From the IMG/VR virus record IMGVR_UViG_3300045020_000151: a DNA stretch of 64,000 nucleotides, one strand, 5' to 3'. Below the pieces are notes generated by a model. That model made no database searches. It was given only the letters and a program-made list of their open reading frames with translations, and had not been told where the DNA came from. Below, in pieces: positions 18,146-27,763 of the stretch. The translations under genes were made by a program, and so were the position numbers. The DNA is from an uncultured virus (IMG/VR IMGVR_UViG_3300045020_000151) (Duplodnaviria; Heunggongvirae; Uroviricota; Caudoviricetes). Within the stretch, counting starts at the first letter, position 1. The number at the start of each line of letters is the position of its first letter.

Positions 18146-18512
18146 AGACACGGACGGCATGGTTCAGAAGGCCAGGGATGGGGAGTGGCAGCACGAGATT
18201 GCAGAGTTCATTCGCTGCCGAGCCACCTGGATCAAAGCACCACCTCCTACTGGCCCAAAGGAGGTCTTCCACTTCCTGGAGCTCGCCTCGACCGACAGGT
18301 ACCTTGAGCACAAGCGTCTGGAGGAGCAGGTGAAGTTCGAGCAGGATACCAAGATGCTCATTCAGAAGGGTTCTACGGCCGAGCTCGACGACCACCGGGA
18401 GTACAAAGGCCTAGTCAGCGTCCTCCTGAACTCCATCCTCTTCGACCTGAAGAAGATCCACGGCTACGACTTGACGGATCTGAAGCTGAGCATTGAGGCT
18501 TTCCTGAAGTGA
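18132..18512 (+). CDS. Hypothetical protein
   Basis: 126 aa ORF. Confidence 0.55.
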   Translation: MAKTEDTDGMVQKARDGEWQHEIAEFIRCRATWIKAPPPTGPKEVFHFLELASTDRYLEHKRLEEQVKFEQDTKMLIQKGSTAELDDHREYKGLVSVLLNSILFDLKKIHGYDLTDLKLSIEAFLK

Positions 18513-19132
18513 GCTACAACGCGAAGTACAAGGTCTATCGAGTCATCGAAGCTCCTAACCTAGAGACTCACACTTCTCTTGGTTGGGAACTGGTCCAGGT
18601 CTTCTCAGTCACCGAGGTCATGCCTTTTGTGGATAGCGTGGCGAATCCTCACCCGCCACCACCGAACCACAACTGGACTGGAACCGTTGGCTATGGAGTG
18701 TGGCCTCAGACAATCCAAGTACAGTCCACACTCTCCAGGAAGTCCCTACGATTCCTCATGGGACTGACGGAGGAGAAGTATCAAACCATCGTCTCCAATT
18801 TGGAGAGGCAACTCGAAATAGCCACGGGGGATAGAAAGGCTTTCGAAGCAACTGAGAATCGACTCCTCAAAGAGCTCGCAGATGCGGTGGAGGACATTCG
18901 GAAACTGAAAGATGCCAGACGGATAGCCGAGGGTGAGGTCTATACCTTGAAGCTGGACAAGGATAAGGCCGAAAAGCTCTCCGAAAGTCTCAATCGCGAC
19001 AACATGGAGCTCAAGCGGCGCCTCATAGGGTATGAGGAGTACTTCAAGAAGTTCCCACCCTCCAGCGATCCAATTCGAGTTGTGGAGCTCAGCAATGCCA
19101 AAGAAGGACCTGTCCAAGATGGCAAACCATGA
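18509..19132 (+). CDS. Hypothetical coiled-coil protein
   Basis: 207 aa ORF. Confidence 0.6.
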   Translation: MSYNAKYKVYRVIEAPNLETHTSLGWELVQVFSVTEVMPFVDSVANPHPPPPNHNWTGTVGYGVWPQTIQVQSTLSRKSLRFLMGLTEEKYQTIVSNLERQLEIATGDRKAFEATENRLLKELADAVEDIRKLKDARRIAEGEVYTLKLDKDKAEKLSESLNRDNMELKRRLIGYEEYFKKFPPSSDPIRVVELSNAKEGPVQDGKP

Positions 19133-19247
19133 GCTGTTCGCTTACGGCAAGCGGCTCATGAAGAAGACGAACGAACAGATCAAAGACGTTCACACCATGG
19201 TGATGGCCCTCGCGAAGGCGATGGGAGTCATCGTGCACGACGGATAG
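19119..19247 (+). CDS. Small hypothetical protein (42 aa)
   Basis: MANHELFAYGKRLMKK..., fills gap. Confidence 0.45.
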   Translation: MANHELFAYGKRLMKKTNEQIKDVHTMVMALAKAMGVIVHDG

Positions 19248-19250
19248 CCA

Positions 19251-19778
19251 ATGGCTCACATAGAACGAACGCAGTTCTCGAAGTACGAGTTCTCGGAGTG
19301 GTGCACGTCCAACACGTCAGAGACCATCCTGGGGACCTCAGACGATCAGACGCCACCACGCATCCGTGGGATGCGGATGTTCCACTGGATGGTGAACGAT
19401 CCCAAGTCGGACGTGAACACTCGACTCGGAGGTTGGCAGAACGTCAAGACAATCCGAGTGCTATACGATGAGGCTCTCATCGAAGGAAAGTGGAAGCTGG
19501 ACTTCCTCCTCATCAAACCAGAACGTGAAGTCCTCAAGGAGCGTCTGGGGGCGGAAGCCAAGCTCGCCCAGATGAAGGCTCAAGCTGAGGCCTTGAAGGA
19601 AGCGGATGAGAAGGCCAAAGCCGATGCCGAGAATGCCAGGAAGGCGGAGATCAAGAAGCAGAGGGAGGAGCGTCTCCGACAACTCGGCAAGCTGAAGCCT
19701 TTCAAGAAGAAGTCCGCTGCTCCTCCGCCTCACAAGCGGAACGGCAAGCATCACGCTCGTCCAGACCGTCACCAGTAA
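19251..19778 (+). CDS. Hypothetical protein with charged C-terminus
   Basis: 175 aa ORF. Confidence 0.6.
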   Translation: MAHIERTQFSKYEFSEWCTSNTSETILGTSDDQTPPRIRGMRMFHWMVNDPKSDVNTRLGGWQNVKTIRVLYDEALIEGKWKLDFLLIKPEREVLKERLGAEAKLAQMKAQAEALKEADEKAKADAENARKAEIKKQREERLRQLGKLKPFKKKSAAPPPHKRNGKHHARPDRHQ

Positions 19779-20191
19779 CACCCACCAAAGGAGGGGTCAT
19801 GTCCAAGAAGGAGGCTGAGAATCTGTTGAGCGGGGCTCTGACAATGAACGCCACTGGATTCCCCTGAGCAGTTCCCAAGGAGCTCCGTGCGAACGCCACG
19901 CTAGTAATGGATCCGGAGATGAAGAAGTCTCTGGAGGAAACTGCGAAGCTGACTGAAGAGATCTTTCACGATGGATTTCACCTGAGCACTAAGATGTCTC
20001 TGAACGTCATCCTCCTAAGGGATCTATCCAGGGAGTGGGTGAGAAAAGGTTGGGTGCTCTAAGACTGAGTCGACGCCGCCCCCCCACCCCCTCCGGCGGC
20101 TGTCGACCAAGAAGGGATCATCCCAGCTCAAGGGGATGGTCTCTTCTTCTTAGCCTTCCTCGGCGTCTGGAGTCTGCGGTACTCTTGAGGG

Positions 20192-20890
20192 ATGCACCCG
20201 GCAATGCAGGAGGCCCTCTTTGACGAGCTGGAGAAGATTGCCGTCAGCCCTGGATGGGTCGCACAGAAGGCCTTCAACGCAGGATTCAAGCACCCGGCGG
20301 GCCTGGGTAGCCGCCTGGACAGGCTGGGGTCGAAGAAGGGTCTAACGGCCGCCCAGAGCCTGAAGAGGGCCATTGCTGGAGGCGCCGCCGTCGAGGGACG
20401 AGTTGCAGGTGAGGCGGCTGGTCATGGGTTGGCCAAGAAGCCCATCAAACCCTCCAAGCCCCTCAAGATGGAAATGAAGATGGACATGGTGAAGAAGTCC
20501 GCTTCGAAGATGGCGCCGTCTCAGCCCTTCTACCAGGGAGCGGTTCAGGGCGACGAAGTCCAGATGGCGACGAACGCCTCCATCCCAGCGAATGCCCAAG
20601 ACAAGGGCAACCCCAACTGGAACCAGAAGCCCTCCGGCACCCGGATGTTCATGAGCTCGCCGGCGGAGGTGAAAGGTCACGGAACCCCGGCTCGCCACGC
20701 CAACAACCTCTTCGGCCTGCCCTTCAGTCCCATCGGCCGCATCAACGACATACGGGGTCTGAGACGCTACGACGACCAGTCCGAGGCGAAGAGTCAGGAC
20801 CGCTCTCAGTCCCCCATCGACGCTCAGTCCACAGCGAACTTGTCTCAAGGCGGAGCGATGTATCCGATGTCTGGACCTGGTGGCGTGTGA
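20192..20890 (+). CDS. Putative virion/internal head protein with LFDELEKIA motif
   Basis: MHPAMQEALFDELEKIAV, Gly/Ala/Lys-rich, low complexity. Confidence 0.55.
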   Translation: MHPAMQEALFDELEKIAVSPGWVAQKAFNAGFKHPAGLGSRLDRLGSKKGLTAAQSLKRAIAGGAAVEGRVAGEAAGHGLAKKPIKPSKPLKMEMKMDMVKKSASKMAPSQPFYQGAVQGDEVQMATNASIPANAQDKGNPNWNQKPSGTRMFMSSPAEVKGHGTPARHANNLFGLPFSPIGRINDIRGLRRYDDQSEAKSQDRSQSPIDAQSTANLSQGGAMYPMSGPGGV

Positions 20891-21237
20891 AGCTAACGGA
20901 CCTCGAAGCGAGATGGGTCAGTTACACCAAGGACGGTCTCGGCAAGCCAGAGACGTTCCAGGAGGCGCAGGGTGTCTTCTTCCTGTGTCCCGGTTGTTTC
21001 GTACGCAAGAAGGGGCCTATCGGGGTCCATGCGCTGATCATTCCATTTGCTGGCAAGGGAGCCCCAGAGAAGCTCCTTTGGCAGGCATCAGGAACGAACC
21101 TCTCGGACCTCACCATCATGCCATCCATCCAGGTCTTTCCCGTCCCCATCACCAAGGACACTCTTCCGGAGTTCATCGACGAGCTCTGCAAGGGGTGGCA
21201 TGGTTTCGTCACGAACGGTGAGATCAAGACCTGCTGA
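20887..21237 (+). CDS. DUF6527-like protein
   Basis: FLCPGC...W...LTIMPSI...CKGWHGFVTNGEI. Confidence 0.5.
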   Translation: MKLTDLEARWVSYTKDGLGKPETFQEAQGVFFLCPGCFVRKKGPIGVHALIIPFAGKGAPEKLLWQASGTNLSDLTIMPSIQVFPVPITKDTLPEFIDELCKGWHGFVTNGEIKTC

Positions 21238-21887
21238 TGATTCAGGCGCGGTTCATCCAGGAGATTGGCACTCGTGGCTACCTGCGAGTGTACTGGGGAG
21301 ACAACTGCGTGAACTGCGGTGGCTCCAAAGCTCGCGGCTACCACAACACTCAGAAGCTCTTGAGCATCTCTCCGAAGAAGGAGGACTGGGATGCCTGGGG
21401 GAAAGTGAAGGACTACAAGCCGGAGCAATTCGGCAGCATGTGTGACCATTGTCCTGCATTGGTCCCACAGAACACTCTGAAGTACGGCTTCGATGAAGTT
21501 CCTGCCGTTCGCTACAACGATGTTCCCCACTACCAAATCTTCCACACGAGGAACTACAGCTCGGCCTCTGGAGATCCAGAAGAGGGGGATCTCTATTTGA
21601 CCACCTGGTACGGTTGCAGAGAGCGAGGTCGCTGCATCTACGGTTGGGAGAACTGTGACGGACAGCACCTCTTCGCCATCGTTCCAGGCGGGGACATCTG
21701 GGACATCCACAGTCGAGCCAGCAACTGCACCATGCCACAAGACAACAAGCATCGGTGCTGGGTCCTTCATGGAACTCCACCAAACGTCACGGTGGACAAG
21801 AACGGTCTGACTTGCGCAGCCGGCGCTGGTAGCATTCAGACTCGCAACTGGCACGGGTTCCTCCAAAACGGGAGATTCACTCCATGA
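21237..21887 (+). CDS. Cys-rich protein with DUF6527-like C-terminus
   Basis: Multiple CxxC; ends CAAGAGSIQTRNWHGFLQNGRF, similar to the upstream gene. Confidence 0.5.
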   Translation: MIQARFIQEIGTRGYLRVYWGDNCVNCGGSKARGYHNTQKLLSISPKKEDWDAWGKVKDYKPEQFGSMCDHCPALVPQNTLKYGFDEVPAVRYNDVPHYQIFHTRNYSSASGDPEEGDLYLTTWYGCRERGRCIYGWENCDGQHLFAIVPGGDIWDIHSRASNCTMPQDNKHRCWVLHGTPPNVTVDKNGLTCAAGAGSIQTRNWHGFLQNGRFTP

Positions 21888-22813
21888 AGAAGATCCTCTC
21901 CATTGATGGTGGCGGCATTCGCGGCATCATCCCAGCGAGGTTCTTGGCGGCTCTGGAGGCCAAGATTGGACCCTGCGCCAAGGCGTTCGATCTTATCGCC
22001 GGCACATCGACAGGTGGCATCATCGCGGTGGGTCTCACCCACCCCAACTCTGGAGGTCTGGGTTACACAGCAGCTCAACTCGTCGAGCTGTACCAGACGA
22101 GGGGCAAGGACATCTTCAGCCGGCCGGTCGGCTACGAGCTCGAAACCAGCTTCGGCGCCAGCGGTCCGAAGTACCCATCGGCGGGCATCGAGTCGGTCCT
22201 GGCGCAGTTCTTCGGTGGCACCAAGATGGGGCAGGCCCTGACGCCGGTCATGGTCACCAGCTACGACACGAACGAACCAGGACCTCGGTTCTTCAAGAGC
22301 TGGAACGACAAGGACGTCCTGATGAAGGACGCGGCCAGGGCCACGTCGGCAGCTCCGACGTACTTCGACCCCCTCCTCGCCGGGTCCTCCCGCTTCATCG
22401 ATGGAGGCGTCGTGGCCAACAACCCAGCTCTGGCGGCCTGGGTGGCTTCGTCAGAGATCTTCGGCGGCGACCAGGACATCTTCGTGGTCTCCCTGGGGAC
22501 TGGGAACACCGAGAAGAAGGAAGACCCGAAGGGCTGGGGACTGGTGAAGTGGGCACCTCTGCTCATCGACGTCTTCATGGACGGGAACAGTGACCTGGTC
22601 GACCAAAACATCAGGGAGGTCCTCGGCACCATCAACGCTGGCAAACAGGCCCACTACTTCCGCTACCAGGTTGATCTGGGCACCGTGACATCGAGCATGG
22701 ATGACGCGAGTCCTCCGACCATCGCAGCCCTCCTGTGGCTCGCCGACAAGCTGGTGGCGGAGAAGATGTACCTGATCGATCACATGGCCTCAGTCCTCTG
22801 GGGCAAGGCCTGA
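21884..22813 (+). CDS. Patatin-like phospholipase
   Basis: DGGGIRG glycine loop, GTSTG nucleophile elbow, SAAPTYF, DGG catalytic motif. Confidence 0.92.
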   Translation: MKKILSIDGGGIRGIIPARFLAALEAKIGPCAKAFDLIAGTSTGGIIAVGLTHPNSGGLGYTAAQLVELYQTRGKDIFSRPVGYELETSFGASGPKYPSAGIESVLAQFFGGTKMGQALTPVMVTSYDTNEPGPRFFKSWNDKDVLMKDAARATSAAPTYFDPLLAGSSRFIDGGVVANNPALAAWVASSEIFGGDQDIFVVSLGTGNTEKKEDPKGWGLVKWAPLLIDVFMDGNSDLVDQNIREVLGTINAGKQAHYFRYQVDLGTVTSSMDDASPPTIAALLWLADKLVAEKMYLIDHMASVLWGKA

Positions 22814-22821
22814 AAGTCGAA

Positions 22822-22850
22822 GAGGGAGACCTCTTTCGAAGTCTCCCTCT
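22822..22850 (+). terminator. Hairpin terminator
   Basis: AGGGAGAC...GTCTCCCT inverted repeat after the patatin stop. Confidence 0.5.
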
Positions 22851-23149
22851 ATCGCTGGGGCTTTTGGGCATTTCCCATACGAGCCGAGTCGCGAGCTCGG
22901 TCCTCCCGGTCGCTCCCTCAACGGAACGATGGACGTCTTTCGGGTCCGCAGCCCCTATCGCCCTGTCTGTCATCGGGCGAAGACATTCAACCGGTGTGCT
23001 TCGGCCTCGTGGCCGGTCCGACCTTTCGGATCGCGCCAGTTACACCATCTCGTACGTCCCCTGAGCCGCCGCTATTGTTCAACCACCATTGGAAGCCTCC
23101 AGGATTGAAGGGTGAACCGCTCGGACGCAGTACCTCTCGGGTTCCTGAC

Positions 23150-23176
23150 CAAATCCGATGAGGGCTGAGGGATAAG
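23150..23176 (+). promoter_or_regulatory. Repeated promoter motif copy (CAAAT-N14-GGGATAAG)
   Basis: Motif match upstream of 23233 gene. Confidence 0.6.
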
Positions 23177-23232
23177 ACCTTGGCCGCGCAGGAATGAAGA
23201 AGCGAACCCATTAACTCTCCACAGGAGAAACC

Positions 23233-23625
23233 GTGAGCAACCCCAACTGCGATCACTACTGGCTGGTCCGGCGTGGGGGTACATGCCCCCACTGCAAGGT
23301 CGAGTTCCCAGGCCAGTTCCAGCCCCCGAAGGGCGAGAAGGACATCTTCGCGAAGACTCAACCCAGTGCCCTCCACAAGACCAGCTCGGCTCCAAAGATG
23401 AAACCGACCGCTGCAAACGTGGAGAAGGTCAAGACTCTGATGAAGACGCTGGGCTACGACTCCAACGTGAGTGATGCTCAAGCGATGGAGATTGGTCAGG
23501 TCATTCTCGCAGTGCGTCATGACATGCGGGACTACCCAGCCAATGGTGAGACCTTCACGGAGTTCCAGGAGACCGTCAGGAAGTTCCTCGACGGCCTGCC
23601 ATGGACCCAAAGGAGAACCGCTTGA
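23233..23625 (+). CDS. Hypothetical Zn-ribbon protein
   Basis: CDH...CPHC; CCACAGGAG leader. Confidence 0.6.
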   Translation: MSNPNCDHYWLVRRGGTCPHCKVEFPGQFQPPKGEKDIFAKTQPSALHKTSSAPKMKPTAANVEKVKTLMKTLGYDSNVSDAQAMEIGQVILAVRHDMRDYPANGETFTEFQETVRKFLDGLPWTQRRTA

Positions 23626-23891
23626 AGCTGACGTTCGACGTCGAGAAGGTCATCATCCTGAGGATCCGTGGCAACGCAGAGACCATCAACATGGAACTCT
23701 CTGCAGCGATGAGTGAGAGAGTGGATAGCAACTTCGCCAACAACGGCTGCTCCACTCTCAAGCTCTTCGTTCCTCGTGGCACAGCCGAGAAGGTCTGTGC
23801 AGAGCTCGGCATCCCTGAAGCAATCGTCGAGACCATAGACGACACCAAGTCGTACGTCCCCAAGTTCAGCAAGCCGAAAGAAGGATCATGA
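23601..23891 (+). CDS. Hypothetical protein
   Basis: 96 aa ORF. Confidence 0.55.
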   Translation: MDPKENRLKLTFDVEKVIILRIRGNAETINMELSAAMSERVDSNFANNGCSTLKLFVPRGTAEKVCAELGIPEAIVETIDDTKSYVPKFSKPKEGS

Positions 23892-24046
23892 AGCTACTCG
23901 TTCTGCTTGGCGTGGCTCTATCAGGCTGCGTCGTGGCCACACCGAAGCCAGGCTCCTGCGAATGCGTGTGCGCCTGGAGACATCCGACCGACGAGACCGG
24001 TCGCTTCTTCCGCGTCATCTTCGAGGCTGACGGAGGAATTCGCTGA
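23888..24046 (+). CDS. Small lipoprotein (52 aa)
   Basis: Manual translation MKLLVLLGVALSGC (lipobox LSGC) ...EADGGIR*. Confidence 0.55.
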   Translation: MKLLVLLGVALSGCVVATPKPGSCECVCAWRHPTDETGRFFRVIFEADGGIR

Positions 24047-24047
24047 G

Positions 24048-24236
24048 CTACTTCTTGGGCGCCTTCTTGTACGGGATGCTCCGTCCGCCCACGTACTCGG
24101 CCAGAGGCAGCGGGACATCGACCAGCTTCTGATCGCGTGAAGCGGTCTGGAGGTTCTGGGATCCGACGTTGGCGATTCTGCTGCCGTCGGGTCCCTGAAG
24201 CTTGAAGTTCGGCTTCGGCAAGTTCGGTTGCTTCAT
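24048..24236 (-). CDS. Hypothetical protein
   Basis: 62 aa ORF with GGAG SD. Confidence 0.45.
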   Translation of the reverse strand: MKQPNLPKPNFKLQGPDGSRIANVGSQNLQTASRDQKLVDVPLPLAEYVGGRSIPYKKAPKK

Positions 24237-24276
24237 GGAGATCTCCAGAGGTTCGGGGAGCTCTCACAGGATACCG

Positions 24277-24303
24277 CAATTCGAGCTCCGGTGAAGGGAT
24301 AAG
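24277..24303 (+). promoter_or_regulatory. Repeated promoter motif copy (CAATT-N14-GGGATAAG)
   Basis: Motif match. Confidence 0.55.
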
Positions 24304-24344
24304 GTAGAGGAAGGGAGCAATCTCTTCCTTCTACTTCTTAGACC

Positions 24345-24587
24345 GTGAAGGATACACCCATGATGAATGACCTGGAGAAGGATCGAGCATCCGAACACCT
24401 CGGTCAGATGATCCAAGACTCGAAGTCGATGTTGGTTCTGTTGCCCATGTCCCACCCAACTGAGGAAACCAAGAGAAAGAGCCTCGACGCCATCAAGGAG
24501 AACATCAGGATGGTGAAAGAGATTCAGACGTTGATCAATCTGGATGAGAAGCTCATCCCCTTCAACAGGTTGGGTTCGACGCACTGA
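24345..24587 (+). CDS. Hypothetical protein
   Basis: ~80 aa ORF. Confidence 0.5.
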   Translation: MKDTPMMNDLEKDRASEHLGQMIQDSKSMLVLLPMSHPTEETKRKSLDAIKENIRMVKEIQTLINLDEKLIPFNRLGSTH

Positions 24588-24643
24588 GGAAGTGTCAGAC
24601 CCAGGGGATACAGTCTCTGGGTCTCACCAACCTTGGAGAGGTC

Positions 24644-25393
24644 ATGACAAAGGAAGAGCGGAAGAAGCAAATCGAGGACGACACCAACTGGCTCATCAAC
24701 CTGGCCCATGACGCACCTCCTGGGACCACTTTCACCCCAACCGGAACTGCCACGGCTGCCTATGGAGTAGGTCGGATCGCTCCGGGGAACGCCTCCAGGT
24801 ATTGGGGGCAGATTCTCCAGGACCTGCAGATCCGTGGCATCGTCATGAAGACTCGAATTGGAGTCTACATGGACAGCCACAAAGGCGTCGGGACTCTAGC
24901 TCCGGTCAAGGCCACTGAACGCATCGAAACCCAACCGGTGAAGCCCCAGGAAGATCGAATCGGCTCTCCTCAGGAGTACCAGGACATAGCCAAGGAGATC
25001 CTGCTGAAGGCCCTGGAGGTGAAGGAGGTCCACCTGAACGGGGAGGTTCCGAAGAGCTATCCAACCCACTTCGACACCATCAAGTATGCCTTCCGGGCTG
25101 CCTGTAGGACCAAAGGTCTGTTCTTCAAAGGCTTCGGCGAAGACACCCTTCAGAACACCATCGCGGACATGTACCTCGCCGGAGTCCTTCGGTGCTTCCG
25201 AAGGAATAGGCAGGACGTGATCGAGGGTGGTAATCCTGAACTCGTCGAGTTCGTCTACCAGGCGTCGGACCTGCCCCCGCTCTTCATGGGAGGTTGGACC
25301 GAGTTCTCGACCAACAGGCGGGTGCTGGCTCCGGCCATTCCCATCGTTCGACGGGACCGAGGCCGCAAGGTCATCGGAGAGGTGAAGCAGTAG
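24644..25393 (+). CDS. Hypothetical protein
   Basis: 249 aa ORF with GGAGAGG SD. Confidence 0.65.
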   Translation: MTKEERKKQIEDDTNWLINLAHDAPPGTTFTPTGTATAAYGVGRIAPGNASRYWGQILQDLQIRGIVMKTRIGVYMDSHKGVGTLAPVKATERIETQPVKPQEDRIGSPQEYQDIAKEILLKALEVKEVHLNGEVPKSYPTHFDTIKYAFRAACRTKGLFFKGFGEDTLQNTIADMYLAGVLRCFRRNRQDVIEGGNPELVEFVYQASDLPPLFMGGWTEFSTNRRVLAPAIPIVRRDRGRKVIGEVKQ

Positions 25394-25573
25394 ATGGGGG
25401 ATCGAAAGAAGTGTGACGTTCTCGACTGCGAAGGCGAGGGACCAATCCTCGCGTACATCGAGATGACACATTTGGGGTTACGGATGATCGTCCGAACCCA
25501 CCTCTGCAGGAAGCATCACGACTTCGTGATGGGCGGCAAGGGCATCGTCTCGATGAGCACCAAGGAGGGCTAA
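25394..25573 (+). CDS. Small Cys/His protein (59 aa)
   Basis: Manual translation MGDRKKCDVLDC...HLCRKHH. Confidence 0.5.
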   Translation: MGDRKKCDVLDCEGEGPILAYIEMTHLGLRMIVRTHLCRKHHDFVMGGKGIVSMSTKEG

Positions 25574-25608
25574 GAGAAAAGGGGCGGGAAGTTCTCCGCC
25601 CTTCTTCT

Positions 25609-25977
25609 TTAGCCTTCGATTCCAGGTGGTACGGGCGCATCTTCCCAGACGACGTCGCTGGAATCGCCTTTCTGGATGATGACCGCCCAGCAGTTCCTGT
25701 TGCTCTTGTCGAAGAGGTAGCCGGGAGCCGTCGTTGCGATTTCGTGGCGCATCCTGGCTTGCTCATCTGGAGGCAGGTTCAGACCATGAGGGGACTCAGT
25801 CAGGAACCGGTTGTTCATCCCGATGATGCGTGCGTAGAACATCACCTTGGCTCGGACCTTGACTGTCCCCCTCTGCGGATCCGTCCATTTCGCCTCCATG
25901 TTGCCGCAGGCGCAGGGTGTGAACTCGATGCCAAAGTCTCGAATCGATCCACACTTCTTGCAGTAGAGAACCTTCAC
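25609..25977 (-). CDS. Zn-ribbon hypothetical protein
   Basis: LYCKKCG...CACG. Confidence 0.6.
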   Translation of the reverse strand: MKVLYCKKCGSIRDFGIEFTPCACGNMEAKWTDPQRGTVKVRAKVMFYARIIGMNNRFLTESPHGLNLPPDEQARMRHEIATTAPGYLFDKSNRNCWAVIIQKGDSSDVVWEDAPVPPGIEG

Positions 25978-26228
25978 GGCTTCTCCAGGTTGAACCGTGC
26001 GTGGAGCTTACGAGCCTGAGTGATGGTGTCCTTTGTGAGCGGATTGAAGACGAACTTCGTCTCGGTTTCAGGCTTGAAGTACTTCAGGGTCTCTTCAATC
26101 TCCATGAGGACGCGCAGATCTTCCTGGAACGCAATCTGCTTAGCCATGTGATCGACGAGGGTCTCTTCCAGGTTCTCCTCTTCTTCTCTTCGCAGATACG
26201 CCTGCAGCACCAATTCTTCGATGTACAT
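25974..26228 (-). CDS. Hypothetical protein
   Basis: 84 aa ORF. Confidence 0.5.
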   Translation of the reverse strand: MYIEELVLQAYLRREEEENLEETLVDHMAKQIAFQEDLRVLMEIEETLKYFKPETETKFVFNPLTKDTITQARKLHARFNLEKP

Positions 26229-26238
26229 GGGATAGCTC

Positions 26239-26430
26239 CTACACCAGTGGGCACTTCTTCAGGAGGACCTGCAGCTTCAGGATCTCCTCGGCCAGGACGT
26301 TCTTGTAGAGCCATCCTACCAGCCTGCGGGACAGCTCCTGACGTACTTCGATTTGCTCCATGAGCTGGTGCTTGCCCAGGTTCGTGCAGTCTTCGATGGG
26401 CTTGAGCCGTGGATCCTTGGGCTGACTCAT
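26239..26430 (-). CDS. Hypothetical protein
   Basis: Start taken at ATG 26430 (MSQPKDP). Confidence 0.45.
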   Translation of the reverse strand: MSQPKDPRLKPIEDCTNLGKHQLMEQIEVRQELSRRLVGWLYKNVLAEEILKLQVLLKKCPLV

Positions 26431-26639
26431 GACCAGCCCAGCGCCTGTTTCTCGGAGAATGGGATGAAAGACTGCGTGTAGATGGTCACGCCGCAGGGAA
26501 TGACCAGAACACATCCTGGGCCGATGACGCTGGTTCCAGGGAAGATGACCTGGGTCCCTCTCTGGAACCAGTCGTCCAAACCACAGGTGCACGTTGCTCC
26601 CGTGTAGTCGTTCTTCGCGCAGTGGTTGGCGTGCTTCAT
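26427..26639 (-). CDS. Hypothetical Cys-rich protein
   Basis: Start taken at ATG 26639 (MKHANHC...CTCG). Confidence 0.45.
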   Translation of the reverse strand: MKHANHCAKNDYTGATCTCGLDDWFQRGTQVIFPGTSVIGPGCVLVIPCGVTIYTQSFIPFSEKQALGWS

Positions 26640-26751
26640 CAGTGCCTCGATGGTCGATTGGAACCGATGATGTAGCCTATCCCAAAGATGACCACGCCCA
26701 AGAGGGCGAAAGGGATGCACTCGAAGACCGAGTAGTACTCAAGGAAGAAGT

Positions 26752-27168
26752 TCACGGCTTCTCGTCCTTCTTCTTGTCCCGGTAGGTGAGAGAGCCGGGG
26801 ATTTGGGAAACAGCCGCTGGCCTCTGGAGGTACTCCTCGGGAGTTCTGCCCTCCAGCTTAGGGTTATTCACGGAGACGAACGTGCCGTCGTTGAGGGAGA
26901 TGCTTCCAACTTCTGCGCGATCGACCAAGATCAGCTTCGTGACGAGTGGGCCACTCTGCCTGAAACCGGCTGGGTTCAAGTCGGCCGGGTGGGAGAAGAA
27001 GGGCAACCACGGCTTCTCGTGAACGATTTGTACGTCTTCGGCAGGGAAGCCCTCTTCGGAGACCCTGTTGAAAACGACTTGCTCGACTTCTGTCCCGTCT
27101 TCGTAGACGGCGACTACTTTCACTTCGACGCTCTTGAATTTCAGAATACGTGTGGGTTTATCCGACAT
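26752..27168 (-). CDS. Hypothetical protein
   Basis: 138 aa ORF, AAGGAGG SD. Confidence 0.6.
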   Translation of the reverse strand: MSDKPTRILKFKSVEVKVVAVYEDGTEVEQVVFNRVSEEGFPAEDVQIVHEKPWLPFFSHPADLNPAGFRQSGPLVTKLILVDRAEVGSISLNDGTFVSVNNPKLEGRTPEEYLQRPAAVSQIPGSLTYRDKKKDEKP

Positions 27169-27400
27169 GGGGTGGGTCCTCCTTGTGTGGCTGCGCTTGG
27201 TAGATCTCCTGGCACTTGCTGCAGAGCCAGTTGGTGAGCTTGTTGGGCGAAGGGGTAGGAACTCTGGTGTCCCATGCGGCGATTAGGCCACAAAGAGTGG
27301 GAGAGTCAGCTCCTCCACTTGGGTGACGACCTGTCTCGGTCAAGACCCTCAAGTGCAGGCTAATGGCGTTGACAGTCTCGCATACAGCGTACTCGGGCAT
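27158..27400 (-). CDS. Hypothetical protein (H...LCG...CSKC)
   Basis: 80 aa ORF. Confidence 0.55.
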   Translation of the reverse strand: MPEYAVCETVNAISLHLRVLTETGRHPSGGADSPTLCGLIAAWDTRVPTPSPNKLTNWLCSKCQEIYQAQPHKEDPPHVG

Positions 27401-27649
27401 TCAAGAACTCTCCTTGGTCAGTCTCGGTTGTGGGGGAAGCTTGTCGCACCAGCAGCATTCGAAGCCGTCTTCCCGGTAGCAGCGGCAGTGCACTCTTCCG
27501 GGGTTCACTGGGCACTTTTCGGGATCTGGCTCGTGGCGTCTTGGCGCTGGAGAAGGCAAACGAGGGGAATCAGGGACCTCTCGCACTCCGCCAGTCAACC
27601 AGCCGAAGAGCCACTGGGCTTTCACGGCGATGAAGCGTAAGAGCTGCAC
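27401..27649 (-). CDS. Hypothetical Cys-rich protein
   Basis: 82 aa ORF. Confidence 0.45.
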   Translation of the reverse strand: MQLLRFIAVKAQWLFGWLTGGVREVPDSPRLPSPAPRRHEPDPEKCPVNPGRVHCRCYREDGFECCWCDKLPPQPRLTKESS

Positions 27650-27724
27650 GGAACTCTTCTGCCACGAACCTGGGTGGAATGGGCACTTTTCCCAGGTACC
27701 CCAAGAATCTTCTGCGGCTACCCT

Positions 27725-27763
27725 GGGGGTGGGGGTCTGTTTCCTGAACGTGGGGGTAGGGGG
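27725..27763 (+). repeat. Four G5 tracts (G-quadruplex-capable) in an ~800 bp non-coding divergence region
   Basis: G5 at 27725, 27731, 27752, 27759. Confidence 0.6.

Noticed and set aside
21884..22813. Complete CBASS system
   Set aside because: No CD-NTase or Cap2/Cap3 gene is recognisable in the window
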